The notes under the pieces are model-generated. The model did no database searches, was not told where the DNA came from, and saw only the letters and a program-made list of their open reading frames with translations. Shown here piece by piece: positions 1-14,000 of a stretch of 64,000 nt of DNA; positions within the stretch are counted from its first letter, which is position 1, and every line of letters begins with the position of its first letter. This DNA is from Oculina patagonica (Eukaryota), in NCBI RefSeq assembly GCF_052425735.1, contig NC_135759.1:43152001-43216000 (forward strand). The letters are read 5' to 3'. Both the position numbers and the translations under genes were made by a program.

Positions 1-605
1 ATGGATTTTAAAACAATAACTGATGACCAGAAGGACATTAAGGAGCGATTTAATCTTAAAAATTGCAGCCAAAACAGTGAAGAAATAGCGGGGTTTCTAT
101 GCCACGCAAACAAAGAATATCTAACGAACAGAAGAAATGAGTGGTAGTTTAAAAGTGCTAATTACAATATTTTGACCGGTTAGAAACGACACGTGACCGA
201 ACTGTGATCTGTTTGGCTGGACAACATGACCGGCAACTTTCTGAAAAATATATTTTGAGCCCTGACGGTACTGCTTGATTTCCTGAACATGCTATTAAAC
301 TGGTTTAGACAGATGCTTAAAATGAATGGCGTGTGCTAACCATGAATCTGCATACAAAAATTTTAAAACCACTGGTTAAAAATTGTGTTTTACATCAGGG
401 TCTCAGATAATTACATGTGTTTTATATAATAATGATTGTATAGTTGGGAAGTTTCTTCTGCTTATTGAGCATCTGAAACAAAGAATCAAGCAGTTTAGTG
501 AAACGATTACTCCCTCATGTTTTGAAAAAGGTAAAGAAGGGACTCTATTGTGTGTAGTGTTTTGCCTCATGCCTACACATACATAAAGCTACTGAATGCT
601 AAGGT

Positions 606-883
606 CCCAGGGGGGTACTCCGGGATCCAAGTGACGGGGAGTGCAAAGGATTTTGGGGCGAAATCGATCCGGGATGGGGGAGAATTTGGCAGGTATTTTT
701 GGGTGACTTGATAAATAGGGGATGGGTAAAAATCAAACTAAAGTGCCGGCGCGGCCTGGCAGGGGAAGACTAGGGATTTTTGGTCCAGGGAGGGTAATGT
801 CGGGAGACTTAGGGATTTTTGGGTCCTGAGTTTGCCTCCATTCGATCATCCCCGTCACTTTGATCCCGGAGTACCCCCCTGGG
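606..883. mobile_element. Non-autonomous DNA transposon (MITE), 35-bp TIR, 8-bp TSD
   Basis: Left end CCCAGGGGGGTACTCCGGGATCCAAGTGACGGGGA matches the reverse complement of the right end with 1 mismatch. Flanked by GCTAAGGT at 598-605 and 884-891. A related degraded copy lies at about 2301-2560. Confidence 0.9.
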
Positions 884-2825
884 GCTAAGGTGTCCATGTT
901 GAATACCTTTTTTATCAGATAGTTTTTGGTAGCTTCTTAGCATGATTAAGTTTTCTTAAAATGTATTATGTATTAAGGAGACTACAAAAATGACTAGCAT
1001 TTAATTACAGAGCTACCGGACTTAAAAGATAATGTTGTTTGCTACAGACTTGTCATTTGCAAAAACTGCCGTCATTTATTACCCATCATATGTTGTCATT
1101 TGTACAGTGTATAAGTTCACCAGTTTACATTGTTAAGCCTGAGTCAGGTCAGAGCCGTGGTTCCTCACCCTTGACTAACTCCAAGAATTAGATGATCAGC
1201 TAACACTCCTTGAAACAGACACTATTCTTCACTTCAGGCGCTATTTTATGTCTAACTGAGACACAATTCTACGTCTAGCCAAAATGTTCCTTTACAAGGT
1301 GCTTTCTGTGTCTACCTTTTCTTGGCAATGTAAACATCCCATAATAATAAAACCAATGTCTTGGACATTTGACTTTGATTGGATTGAAAATATTTTTACA
1401 GAACTTTGATAATCTACTGTTCAACTTGTCTGTTATTGTAATTATTCCTAGAAGCAGTTTAAAGTCTCCTTTTCACGATTTACTTGAAACTACATTTGCA
1501 GTCAGCAATATTTTGCTGTTGTCTTCCAAGCCACAATCGTGTACGTTGAAGCCACTTTCATTTCCTTTTTTAAATACTGACGACAGTCTAGCAAGCCAAT
1601 TTAATGCTTCCTGCCTCTACATGTACATTTTTCTGTTTGTTTGCCAGTAAAAAATTACAGCTAGAGTCTTCTTCGAAATTGATACCCATGCGTTTCTGCT
1701 GGCAAACAATAGAAGATTTAAAAATAAATAATCTACAGTTTGCTATTTTGATCGGTGATAAATTGCTTGTCTGAGCAAGTATTTAGATATCGAGGTTGTT
1801 TATTAGAATTGATATCAACAAGTGTCAGGGACACTGGTTATAGTAAGGTATTACACAACATTGAAATTGAGTCAGCAGTACAGTGATGTGCTAGTTCTTC
1901 CATTGTTTTGACCTTAAGGGAATCAGGAACTTACTCAGAGCTCCTATGGTCTGCCCAACACCCCTTGGGGAGGGAGTTAGGGACTGGCCCTAGAACTTAT
2001 ATCCTCTAATGAGGCTAATGTGTAAGACATTAAGGAAATTTTTGGCATTATTAATAAGTCTTGAAAGGCTAAAGGATTTTCGCGGAACATGAAGGAGATG
2101 TTCTTGATCCTTTCCCTTGTACCAATAAATCAAAGATTTTTTACAGCATTTGTCTCTGTTATTTGTCCAAACTCTTGAAGAGGGGTTTCAAATTTGCTGG
2201 CAATACGGTCCCTTGTAGCTGGTTTTTTCCCCTTTCCTGTCCCTCTACCCTCACAGGAAAAATAAATTTTACAATGACAAAGTTCTCTCTATAGTGCATA
2301 GGGGGGGGGGGGTACTCGGGATTTCAAGCGAGGGGGATCATCAATGAGAACAAATCAAGACCCCAAAAAATCCCTGGAACAAGAATTAACCCCCAAAAAA
2401 TCCCATGCCAAATTATTTTCTGACAAAGGAAAACAGAACACGTCTGTTCATACAGCCAAGGCACTACCACGAATCTCAAATCAAGCCACCCAAAAAATAC
2501 TTACCAAAATTCCAAAATTTTCCTTCTTCAACCCACCCCCCCCCCCCCTCCCCCTCGAAGCGGGATGCAAATAGTTTTTAATCTCGGGACGAGTTTTCCA
2601 GTCTGATCTGCTATGCTGCGAAGAGTTTTCCGTTATGAAAAGTGTTTCCAGCCGCGGACGCGTTCCTTTTCCTTTTTTGTGCAACAGACCCTTGAAATCA
2701 GCCCGTTGGAGGACCCCCTCTCCAATATAGTCCTCTTGAATATTCGACATACGACGAATCCGTCAATCATGTCCATCTCCCTTTGAAGGTTCCGCCCATC
2801 AGACCGGGCACATGTGGCTGAAGTG

Positions 2826-2930
2826 GTCACATGATCAGTGTTATGGTGAAAGAAGATCCAAGATGGCTGCTTTTTGGTTCCATGACACGGGGAGGAATAA
2901 CTCGCCTCGTACGCGATATTCCTTCCGAAG
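2826..2930 (+). promoter_or_regulatory. Putative CSDE1 promoter and first leader exon
   Basis: CpG-rich patch (about 2580-3480) amid CpG-poor flanks. E-box-like GTCACATGAT at 2826-2835, YY1-type CAAGATGGC at 2859-2867, and donor GAAG|GTTTGT after 2930. Inferred without transcript data. Confidence 0.45.
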
Positions 2931-4101
2931 GTTTGTAAAATCACTCTCCTTCAAGGCAGTACGATCTAATGTATTGTTTTAGTTGTTTAAAGAAGTCAAG
3001 AGGCTGGCACGCAAAGTGCTGGAGCAAGATTTGATAGCTAATTTCATTACTTCAAGAAAACGACCGTTCATGAGTAATTTTCTGTCGAAGAGATTTGTCT
3101 CAACTAGTCTAAGGTCGTTTTATCGTCTTTGTACGTCTATAACTAGAAATTTTATCAAGAAACAAATTTAACTTTTAAACTTGCGAAGAGAAGAGTTCCA
3201 TTGTCACAAACATTTTGCTGAAAATGCGTTTTCGTTTTTGCGGGGCGAACAGGTTAAAGTTATCTGGTATGCTGGTATGTTCTGGCCTTGACCAGTGTTT
3301 CTTGAACAGAAAATTTGTTGGCGAAGTTTAATTTCGTATTGAAAGAATAAGTCTGAAGCCATCGTGAACATTTCTAAAGCTTTTATAAACAGGGTGTGAA
3401 GAAACGCCAGTGATAGTGAAGAGACTTGTCCTTTGCTTGTGGCGTGTAAACGTAATTTGAGAACCTCGTCACATTAAATATTCTTAAACTAGTTAAGGGT
3501 ACAGTCTGAAAGGTTTGACAGTTGAAACTTGTAATTATTTGGTTATTAACTTCTTTTATTTGTATTTGATGACTACTTTTGTTCTGTTATTGGGATATAG
3601 TGGATGATAAAATCACCCAACAAACTTAGAGTTTTTGTAATTTGAACTCTGAGAATGTCAATATACATGTAATACTGGGCTTTTTTTTACCCAGGAAATT
3701 CAGGAAGCAAATAAAAACAAGATGATGGCTTTGTACACTTCGCCTTTGCAAACAGACCAAGCTGTAGTGGCCTTCCTTTCTTCAAATTCATTGGAACTCA
3801 ATATTCATACCCAAGATTGATAGCAAAGGCTGTGTTTTGTTTATTATCTACTGGTATGTACATTTCTAGCATCGTCCTCTCAACTAATAATTAGAAATAG
3901 AAAATAAATTGATTTAAAAGTAGTGATTTAAAAAAATTAATGAATTATACTTATTGGCAATGACCTTAAAGGGTAGAGTTAATAACTAAATAAAAATGCT
4001 TACCAGAATAATTTATATAACTAGAGATCACATGCATATGGGCCATAAATGCTAGTGGCTTTGGGTATTTACCTGAAAAGGTTACAGGAAGTTTATTCAC
4101 T

Positions 4102-4449
4102 CAGCGCGCGGGCTCGAGGCTAACAGTAGGTTAGTAGAATACAGTTTTGGCTAGTAGGTTGGGCTTTCACTAGCCAAAATGGCTAGTGAAAATTTGAGGC
4201 ATTTTAGTGGAAAGAAACTGCAAATTGAATTCAACACTAAGAGAGCAGAACTAAGAAGTCATGTTGTGGAAGTTGTGGAGTTATGATTATGAAGTCCATT
4301 TGATTCTGCATCTCCCACCTTGGTAAAAGAAAAAAAATACAAAACCATGCGTGAAAGTTCTGGCTAGAAGAAAACTGGTTTTGGCTAGTGAAATCAAAGC
4401 TGTCACTATAGCCATTAGGCTAGTTAGAAAAAAGTTAGTCTTGAGCCCT
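4102..4449. mobile_element. Degraded hAT-like MITE
   Basis: Imperfect inverted ends GGGCTCGAGGCTAAC and GTTAGTCTTGAGCCC, with repeated internal GGCTAG motifs. No clear TSD. Confidence 0.5.
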
Positions 4450-5089
4450 AATTCACTATGTTGTAAGATGGATATAAGCTAGAACTATTTGTTAGTATTG
4501 ATGTAGTTTGAGCGGGTTCATAAAACCATTATTAGCTGATAAATTTGTTCTTATATATTTTACCAGTGCAAGTACAATAATATTGAATTAAACCACAATG
4601 AGTTGTTATAATAATGTTGTTGTTGTGTAAGTATGGTTTTCTAAAGACTTTAAAGTTGACTCGTGATCATTGTTTTACTTTACACAATGTAAATTAGACC
4701 ATGAACACTTTCTAATAATAATAATAAATTTCTCACATATTACATAAAAATCTCAATGCTCTTATAATAATAAGTTACAGAAATAAAAAGAACCCTATGC
4801 TTATATTTACAATAGTCCTTTGCTATGCTATAAATCATATGTATTGAATGAAAACTGAAACACAAGTGATTAAAAAAAAATTCCATTTTCAATTACGTTT
4901 TGTTTCTTTTTATTTGTATTCAACAGGCAAACATTGGAGATTGGAGTTTTCAAGGCCAAATTAATGTTCCCAAAGCATTTTTGTATTATTAGTATTTGTT
5001 ATTTAGAGGAGCTGGTTTAAAAGAAGTTCAAAGGATTTATATAATATTTTTTTCATTGGCAAACTTTGCATTATTATCGAATTCTGAAG

Positions 5090-8000
5090 ATGGCAACTGC
5101 TACTTGGAAGGTAAGAATCTCGCTGTTGAGGCAGGCATGCCTATTTAAATTATTTACAAATTTGTGGCAAGGAATACATGTAATATAACAACTTAAAAAC
5201 TATACAGTGGTCTAACGGTAAGAATTATTCAGACCTTGACTTGAAACTTAATTTTATACTCGCTATCTGGGCAATTATCTCAAGAAATGCAGCAAAAACT
5301 GGGTAATTTGTCCTTACCCAAATTAATTGCTTAGAGACTTGCCAAGGAGATTGGAAGGGTGCTTTTTTTCCATTCCTACGTGAGTCTTCACCCAGCGGTG
5401 AACTGTGATGGCTTACAGCTATGTAGCATTCCATCCTGGAGGTATGATATTGCCCCAGGTTCAAAAGGTTCTCGATTTTTATTTTATACATGCCAAAGAT
5501 ACATGTATTTGTAGTGTTAACATAATTCAATCAAAAGTGGATTTTTGTTGCAGAGTTCTGAACGCAGAGATCGGACCAGAACAACGCCATACGACTTCAG
5601 TGATCGTGATTATTACATTGGCAACCACAATAAGGGGAGATCTTACTCATACAGCAGTTCCTTCTCTGGGCAATCTGAGTATGTTTTTAATTTGTGTCTG
5701 TCATGCAAACAGTACAAAAATGACAGAGTGCATGCTGATTTATTGACTCTTTCACCCACTCACTTATTTGATTTGAACCTAAAAAAAGTTGGGTTCATCT
5801 ATTAGCCATCTTTATTATCTAATGGGCTGGAGTTGTTGGTTTTGGTGTTTGTATGCAGTTGAAATTAGTGCAAAGTTTCTACATACATGTTACTTCATTG
5901 TTTCTCCAAACTTCTCATGTGCACAATAACTGATATAACTCGATATTTTTCTGTTATTAATCCTGTTGTGATTTTCCTTTCAGGGCTAGAGAAACTGGTG
6001 TAATTGAGAAACTCTTAGTAAGTGTTTGTTATCTTTTGCCACGATTTAATTCTTCTGCTCTCAGTCGCTCTATAACATTCATGAGCAACTAAAAAGTTTC
6101 AATTTTATTTATCATATCTAATTGGCAGATATTAACCTCAAGTCTTTAAAAATAATTTGATAAAATAATCAATGTTACTCCACCTGTTAAGCCTGTAGAT
6201 GAAAGAGGTTCTGTAAAGGAGCTTTGCATGTCTCCCATAGATTATTATTTTAGGGCTTGTCATGTTGCAATTTGGAATGTTGTGGATGTCGCTATTGGAA
6301 ATTTGTCTTTTCATCCAGTAACTGACAGAAGATAGATAGATACTTTGTTTATTCTCGAGCAGTGCGGGTTGATTCTCTGATAGTACCGTATTTACCCATG
6401 TATAAGCCGATCCGGTGTATTTAGGTACTCAGGCAGGAGTTTCTCAGGCATTGGAAGTAAAGCTTAAGTTACAAGATACATCTAACTTCAATTTTTTTGT
6501 TTGTCTCTTTGTTGTAGCATTCATATGGCTTTATCCAGTGCTGTGAGAGAGAACTGCGGATTTTTTTCCATTACAGTCAAATCAATGAAGACCCTGAGGA
6601 CCTCTGTGTTGGAGGTACCCATTATGGTTTAATAATTTTGTCTTTAATTTGAAATTGTTATAAGCAGTAATTACCAGATTACTTGTTATCTTCCAGTGTC
6701 TCAGATAAGATGACCAGACAAAGGGGAAAAAATGAAAGATAAATTTATTGCTGACAGCAAAGATTTCAAACTGTAAACAGCTCAGTTTCCAACCAAATCT
6801 TTTGCCTGTGAACAAATGAAAGATAGAAACATTCCAACCTTACATAGTGTAACAACTTCTGCTTCCGACAAGTGCACAGACAATGGACCTTTTTTCATGA
6901 TTTCTTGTTCTGTGCTATGTCCTCAGATGAAATGGAATTTGAGATTTCATCAGATCAGCGAACAGGAAAACCTATTGCTTGTCGTGTGGTGCGACTTGAA
7001 GCAGGATCTGTCTCCTTTGAGGTTTGTTCCCCCTCCTCTTTTATTTGAACCTAGTAAAAAACTTTCATATCAACCTAGTAAATGGCCCAGCTCACAACGA
7101 GTCTCTCGTAGCTCAGTTGGTTAGAGCGCCCAACCGGTATCTGGGAGGCCATGGGTTCGATTCCCGTCAGGGACTCAGATTTTTTTCTTTGTCTCATGCT
7201 CCTGTCATGTTGAACATCTTATATTTATTAAGTACATTATAGTTGTTTATTGAACTTTGAAACCCTTTCTGCTTAAAGATGTGCGCATCTGAAGCACATG
7301 CATTTACAGGATTTTGTGCACACACATTTTGACTGTACAACATTCAATTGGTCAATTTTTATTTCTGAAAAACTGTCGAGCAGTACTGTTGTTGTGTGTA
7401 CACGTACAAATAAAGGGGAGGTTTCGTTTTGAAAGCAGATTATTTTTTAATTTTTGATCAGCTGTTTTTGTCTTGTTTGTACAATCAACACATTTCACCC
7501 ATGAACACAAAACTTTTATCATTCATAAAATACTTAATTTACTGATTAGTTTTTCAATTAATGAAAGATTGTTGGAACCTTTAAGTGAAAAATATACATG
7601 TAAAAATACCTCAAACAGCACTATACTTGCATATTCAAAACTATTTAGTGTAAATTTAGCTTTGAAATCAGTTAAATAATGCATGTATTAATAACAAACC
7701 CAGGAATAGCAAAAGTGTAACAAAAAATAAATTTCCTTTCTAAACTTGTTTTCATCTAACTGGTTAAAACAAGTGGAGTCTAACATTCACGAGCTGAAAT
7801 CATAGCCACTTGGCTAATACACTCATCTGTTAATCCACTTGCCTTCATCTGTTTATTAACCACACCGATATGCTGATAAATTAAGTTAGACATACAACTA
7901 TTTTTTAACAGTCTCTACATAGTACTTAATAGCATTGTATTAGACTTCTGCATATTCTTAAAAAAAAAAAAACAGAAAAAGCTAAGTTCTGATAGTTTTA

Positions 8001-11000
8001 ATTGTCTTCTTCATTATTTGTTTTCAGATTCGAAGTGAAGACAAAGTGACTGGAATCATAGATGCTGAACCCAAATTGTATTTGAAGAACAATACAAAAT
8101 CTGTGAGTGCTTAATCTTAAGATATAAGTTATGGACCGTGGTTGTTATAAATTGATTCACTAACTTATTAATGATGTAACAATGTACCATGTTTACATCA
8201 TAAGGGGGTTTCAACCAAGTGTACTAAATACATGTAAATGACCCTAAAGTTATTTCAAAAGAGGTCAGTACTTGCATTTTTCTATAAACTGCATTAATTA
8301 CCAGGGTTCACATGGACTTGGGGATGTACATATAGCATGTAATTGAATTTGAATTTCACTTTAAGGCAATTCAAAGTTATTAAATAAAAGAGATTTAGAT
8401 CTCAAAACAGTAGTGTGACTTTTTGCATTATAGTGTATCTGTATATATGTACATTTACAAGAAATGTTTTTGAAATGGTAATAAGTTGACTTAAGAAAAT
8501 AAAATAGCTCAAGACAAAAGAAAGTAATTAACTGATTCTGAAACTTGTGAGTTGTATACAAAATTTGTTATGGCGTGTTATACAGAATTTCTTCTTTTTT
8601 AGCCATCAAATGGGCTTGTTGATCCTGAAATGGGACGGGTTAGCTATCAGAGGAATGGAGTAAGTTGTTGTTGTTGTTGCTGTTACAGTTCATTGAATTG
8701 ATCTGGATTGCCAGACAGCTTGATCTCTACTTGTAAACACATGTGATGGTGATCGTTTGCATTTTTTCCAGGAGTACTTTTATCTGTCATTCTCCGCAAG
8801 TGACGTCATTGATTCTGGTACACCACTTCACAAGGGAGACAAAGTTGAATTTTATGTAGCCACTGATAAAAGGTATGCTTTGAACAGTGAATTTAAAAAA
8901 CACCATAACATGAATATGGTTTGTACTTTTACTTTTTGGGGGATTAATAATTGCAGCTGTACATGGAATTGACATGTGTGAAACAGTTCATCTGTGTTAC
9001 TTGACTCTGTATCTTCAAAATATAGTGCAAGTAAAGGGAAAACATTAATGCCAGTAGCCTGACTAAAACAAAATTTGAATCGGGTCATGCAGACTTTCAT
9101 GTTGCGTACTTAAAGAGTGAAGCTATATGCAGGGTTCAAAATAAAATTTCGTTTTTAGCCTGAATTTGTCGGCTTTTTAACTGCGCTGCGCAGTTCTTGC
9201 TCTGCACGGGGTTTATTATTATTTTTCGTTTTGTCGGTGACCTGTCCCAAACCTCCACTCGGTCATGCTTAATGTCACGCGATGTTTAGAAGCTACAAAT
9301 CAGTAACAAATGGATAAATTTTCTTATTTTTTGTCTTTACAAAAAATGTTTAGTGTGAAATATACAATTTTGAAGCGTTTTATTCAAAGAAAATTCTAAA
9401 TTTCTATGCGTCGAGAGAAGAATATATTTCAGCGGGCCAGAATCTGTGAATAAATACCATTACGTTGGTGTAAAAGAATGTGCTGACATGACAAGTTTCA
9501 CTTTCGATCGGCTAGACCTCGAGTCACGTAATTTTTCAAAGCTATTATCAGCTACCTTTCAAATCTTTGCGAAGCCATTCTTCTTTACTTACAAAATTCA
9601 GTGTGAAGTATTTTGAAGCGTTTGAATCGAAGAAAATACTAAAATTTTACGCTTTAAAAAGATACGCTTTAGCGGGCAAGAATTTACATTTATTTACATT
9701 ACGTTTGTGTCCTGGAATGTGCTGGCGTTAGCAAATTTTTACTTTCACAAGGCACTGATCGGCAAGAATCACGCAATGCTCTGAAAGGTTTAAATCTGCC
9801 ACAAACAAATCCTCTGGTCTAAACTTAGCATGTTAAGTGTGAAACGTTCGATGTTTTAGCGTTATTTATTTTTGGAACTGTGTCATCTATAGGATTTCTG
9901 AAATCTGATGGAAAACCACTGAGACAAACATGCCCTGACTTGCAAGGGTTACGTCATTGCTAAATTAATTCTCCGGGGAATTCCCATTCAGCAAAACACA
10001 GGTCTAGTGTTTTTCTCAAATTTGATTTAATTATTTGCTCCAATATTCCATTTTCGGAGCTGGTTATTCAATCTTTAAACGGTAATTCAAGACAACACTG
10101 GATGCTGATTTAAAAGATTTTTTGTTTCACGGATCAGGATCGTGGGAATAGGCCTAATGCGTGATAACGTCATATGCTCAAAATTCACCACCAAGCCTCG
10201 TTTACACGAATTATTCTTAAAGTTCTGCCATCTTCATGCAGTTTTCACGTGGGTATTCCTTTTATCTTTGCTGCTTAGGGAATTCGTTCGTGATAAAATT
10301 TGCAAGTTTTCATTTCGAAAGCGAGGCTTGGTGGTGAAACAAGCACGTCTGACTTAAACATGCATTACGGCTATTAAATTTGGCCAGCATTAGCATATAA
10401 GAAAAATATTTAATTTCGGATGGAACTAGTCAACCATGAAATGTCACGCAAGGTGTTTTCCTACCATCTTGTTTGTCAGTCGCAACATTGTTCGACGCAG
10501 GTAAAGAGGGTAAGGGGGGGGGGGGGGTGCATTTTTTGTTCCCCCACATGGCTCCCCTAAAGTGCTCACGAGACCAGCGCAGTTGTAAGCTCTATGAGCT
10601 CTTGTTTGTCAAGGCTCATTTATCCCGGCTGTTAACCCATTGACGCCTGAAGGTTTTACGCACACACCCACCCCTAAATACCTGGCTATTTTACGACATT
10701 CAACGCAAACGCACGAGTGGAAAAAATAAACCATATGCGCAGTAAATTCAGACAAACCATTAGTTTCTGAAGTAAACTTTTATTCAAACTAGACATGTTG
10801 AAATACCAATTTATGACTAAAAGAGATTCCCAGCATTGATAAATTGATCCCAAACGAAATTACAAGACAGCGATAAAATTTTATTCACCTCCGCGCGTAA
10901 TTTTGGAGCTCGCAAAACACGTAGACTTTGTACAAATTCTTAAGAAAAATCGTAAAATAGTTGGGTAAAAGATAGGTTTTCAAACTGTTTAACTGACACT

Positions 11001-14000
11001 GTCATTAATTCAATAACACTGAGCTTTTTTCTCGGTGAAAAAGCATAAACAACGCTTACAAAATTACAGAATTCCGACCACTAACTTAACACTAGGACCG
11101 CTTTCTACGCGTTCCTTTAATTTTGATGTTAATAAACATACTCCTTTGTATATTCTGAAGCACTGTTGTAATTTTCTAAAGCGATAGACATAATTTAAAA
11201 CAAAGCGGAGCAAAACAATGAAGAAGCAAGTCTCCCAATAAATAGGTGTCAGATAACAACCTGTGCGCGACAAATCTTTTCGCCTTCAAAAGCCTAAAAT
11301 TCCGCACTCAGAATTGATAAATGACAAAAACTTGAAAGAAACTTTGTTTAGAATTTGTTTTCAGTTAGGATGATAGCCAATAAATGTGTTCACAAGCGTC
11401 AAATATCGAAATTTTTCGAGCCGTGCTGAACTGCACGGAAGAATTAATTATCCACATGTTCATGTCGAAGGCGAAGTTTCATTTTAGCAGACGGCTTTTG
11501 GAGTCAATTGTACACTTAATGGATCTACCGATCCTTGAAAAAATTACATCCAAATTCGAAGCAATAACAGTACATTACCATTTCGTTATCAGAAGTCTTG
11601 AGAAGCTGCATTTAGCCGTGTTCAAGCCCCTGATTTGAATTCAAAACGCACTTGTAAGGTCTTGTAAGCGCCATTACGGCATGTCTTCGCGGCCGTGAAA
11701 GGAAAGCTGAATCCTTCTTCAACAAGGTTTTAGCACTCTGTTCTCCATGGTTTTCCGTTTTAGGGCCACTTAAATATTCTATAGTGTTTCTTCTTTCCTT
11801 TTTAAGTCTCAAAGATGGTATTTTTTGTGTTCAGAATCAAAAACAAGGCCTTGGAAGTTTGTAAATACGTGCCGCTCGGCGCCATGATTTTCTTGTACAT
11901 TTTCAACGCACGGAATAAGACAAAAAAACCTTCTTTCTAGGACCCCAAGAGTTCCCTAAAAATATGCGCAGAAAACGGATTCTGATTGGTTTATTTGCCC
12001 TTATTATCTGTAGAACAATAGGAGAACCAAAAAGTCTCCAGGGAGGGAGGGAAAGGGCGTTTGTCACGATGCGGTTTTTACGGGCGGTTACGGGCGGCAC
12101 AGGCGCCAGGCGCCGGTTAAAGAGCCATGCATTTTCAAGGGACACAATACATATGCATACATGATGTACCAGGTTTGCAATGCATCCTGGGACGATTTCA
12201 AACAGAGTCGGCCATTTGCAAGTTTTTCGAAAGTGATAGAATGTTTTATGGCAAAACAACAAAATGGATTACAGCCATGTGACTTCTTTTCTTATTTTGA
12301 ATGTTTTAGAAGCAAATAAGATCTTCCAATGGCAATATAATTTTTGGAGGGACACAATACCTGAGAAGGCGGGGCAGCCAGGGTCGCCACATTGGCAACT
12401 AAACTGTAAAATCAGAAGTTTTAGTCGCCAAATATAACATTTTGGTCGCTTTAGCGATCAGTGAGTCGCACTTTCTAGCCCTGTAGCTGCTTTATTGTCT
12501 GATATGAAATGTTTACTTCAACATTACAGCAACTTTGATTTCAGTTGGCCAATCAAGGCATGATATTTTGTATTTCTTTGGTGAAAAGTAGCCGGCAAGT
12601 GTCCTGAAAGTGTCGGCTACCGCCGACAGCCGGCTGCTATTTTGAACCCTGACATGTAGGTCACACAGTTTAAGGGAATTTTCAGTGCTGTCTAACAAGT
12701 TGTCAATGTAACTGAAATATCACAATAACAGCTGAAGGCTGTAGAGAAACTCAAAAGAAGCAAGGAAAAGCCAAGTAGGGGCATAAATTAAAGCTGGACA
12801 AAAAACTGACTTTTGTCAAGTTTATTTTATTTTGTATGAAAATGTAATTACAGTGGGGCTACTGTAACCGGGGTCACCAAGACAAAGTTAACCAATCACA
12901 AAGCAGAACTGAAACAAAAGATTTCTACATTTTTAGCTTCAGCCAATGAAATGTCGAATGCAGAACAAAGAAATTTTAACTTCTTCGTTCGCCACGAAAA
13001 CAGATCGATACAAACTTTGGCCGTATGACGGCGCTGAATTTTCAATTAATTTCAATTGCATCCGTTTTGAACTTGAGTGGTTGTGACAGCAACATTTGGA
13101 AGGTAAATATTAGCGATGTTTATGTAAGAGAAGTCTGAAACTGTAAAAACGGGGAAAGAAACGACCGTATCGTCTGTGTCAGTGAAAGCGACGGTCATAG
13201 GTTAGGCAAAGTGGGTGGCGTATTTGCATACAACGAAGCACGTACATGTATTACCAGCGAGATAAATTTAGTTTTCTGCGATGTCCGATCGTTGAGTTCC
13301 ACCGAAAGCGTATCGGCCGTATACATCCGAAAGTTTCGGCAATTCAGCTAGCTTGAATAAACACGCAAAAACATAAGCTTCACGAGTGAACAAAGTGAAA
13401 TTTTATTTTTATTTACTCAAACGACAAAAAAATGTTTGCATCGCCACTTTCACTGGTACGTTATACAGCGCAGAATATCTTCCTTCGCTAGCATCACATG
13501 TATTTATTTTCTAAATGGTACAGCTACCAAAACTCCAGTTGATGCCGTAGAGAAAACTTGAAATTGTCACGAGCGAACTCCGCCACGCACCATTGACACA
13601 GACGATACGGTCGTTTCTTTCCCCGTTTTTACACAGTTTCGAACTTCTCTTACATAAACATCGCTAATATTTACATTCCAAATGTTGCTGTCACAACCAC
13701 TCAAGTTCAAAACGGATGCAATTGAAATTAATTGAAAACTCAGCGCCGCCATACAGCCAAAGTTTGTATCGATCTGTTTTCGTGGCGAACGAAGAAGTTG
13801 AAATTTCTTTGTTCTGTACTCGACATTTCATTGGCTGAAGCTAACTTTGTCTGGGTGACCCCGGTTACAGTAGCCGCACTGTAATGATGTTCAGAAATCA
13901 ATCTTGTTTGTTCTGTGGACAGTTTTGTCATAATTAGTGAAAATAAACACCTAAAATACTGTGATCTTGCTTCTGTCATTATTTTGGCCATTATTTGTTA

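Noticed and set aside
444-1117. Possible terminal exons of an upstream + strand gene (444-530 and from 1011)
   Set aside because: Splice sites and phase are plausible but the peptide has no recognisable motif; unsupported without transcripts.
2481-2944. Minus-strand ORFs as a divergent gene
   Set aside because: No recognisable domain or clear donor site, and one ORF runs into a MITE; may simply reflect the CpG-rich promoter patch.
7099-7176. Functional tRNA-Thr(GGT)
   Set aside because: The anticodon stem is imperfect, G34 Thr tRNAs are atypical in eukaryotes, and a diverged sibling occurs at about 43652; better explained as a tRNA-derived repeat.
11384-12262. Transposase ORFs within the piggyBac-like insert
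   Set aside because: Short overlapping ORFs with no DDD/DDE or other recognisable motifs.
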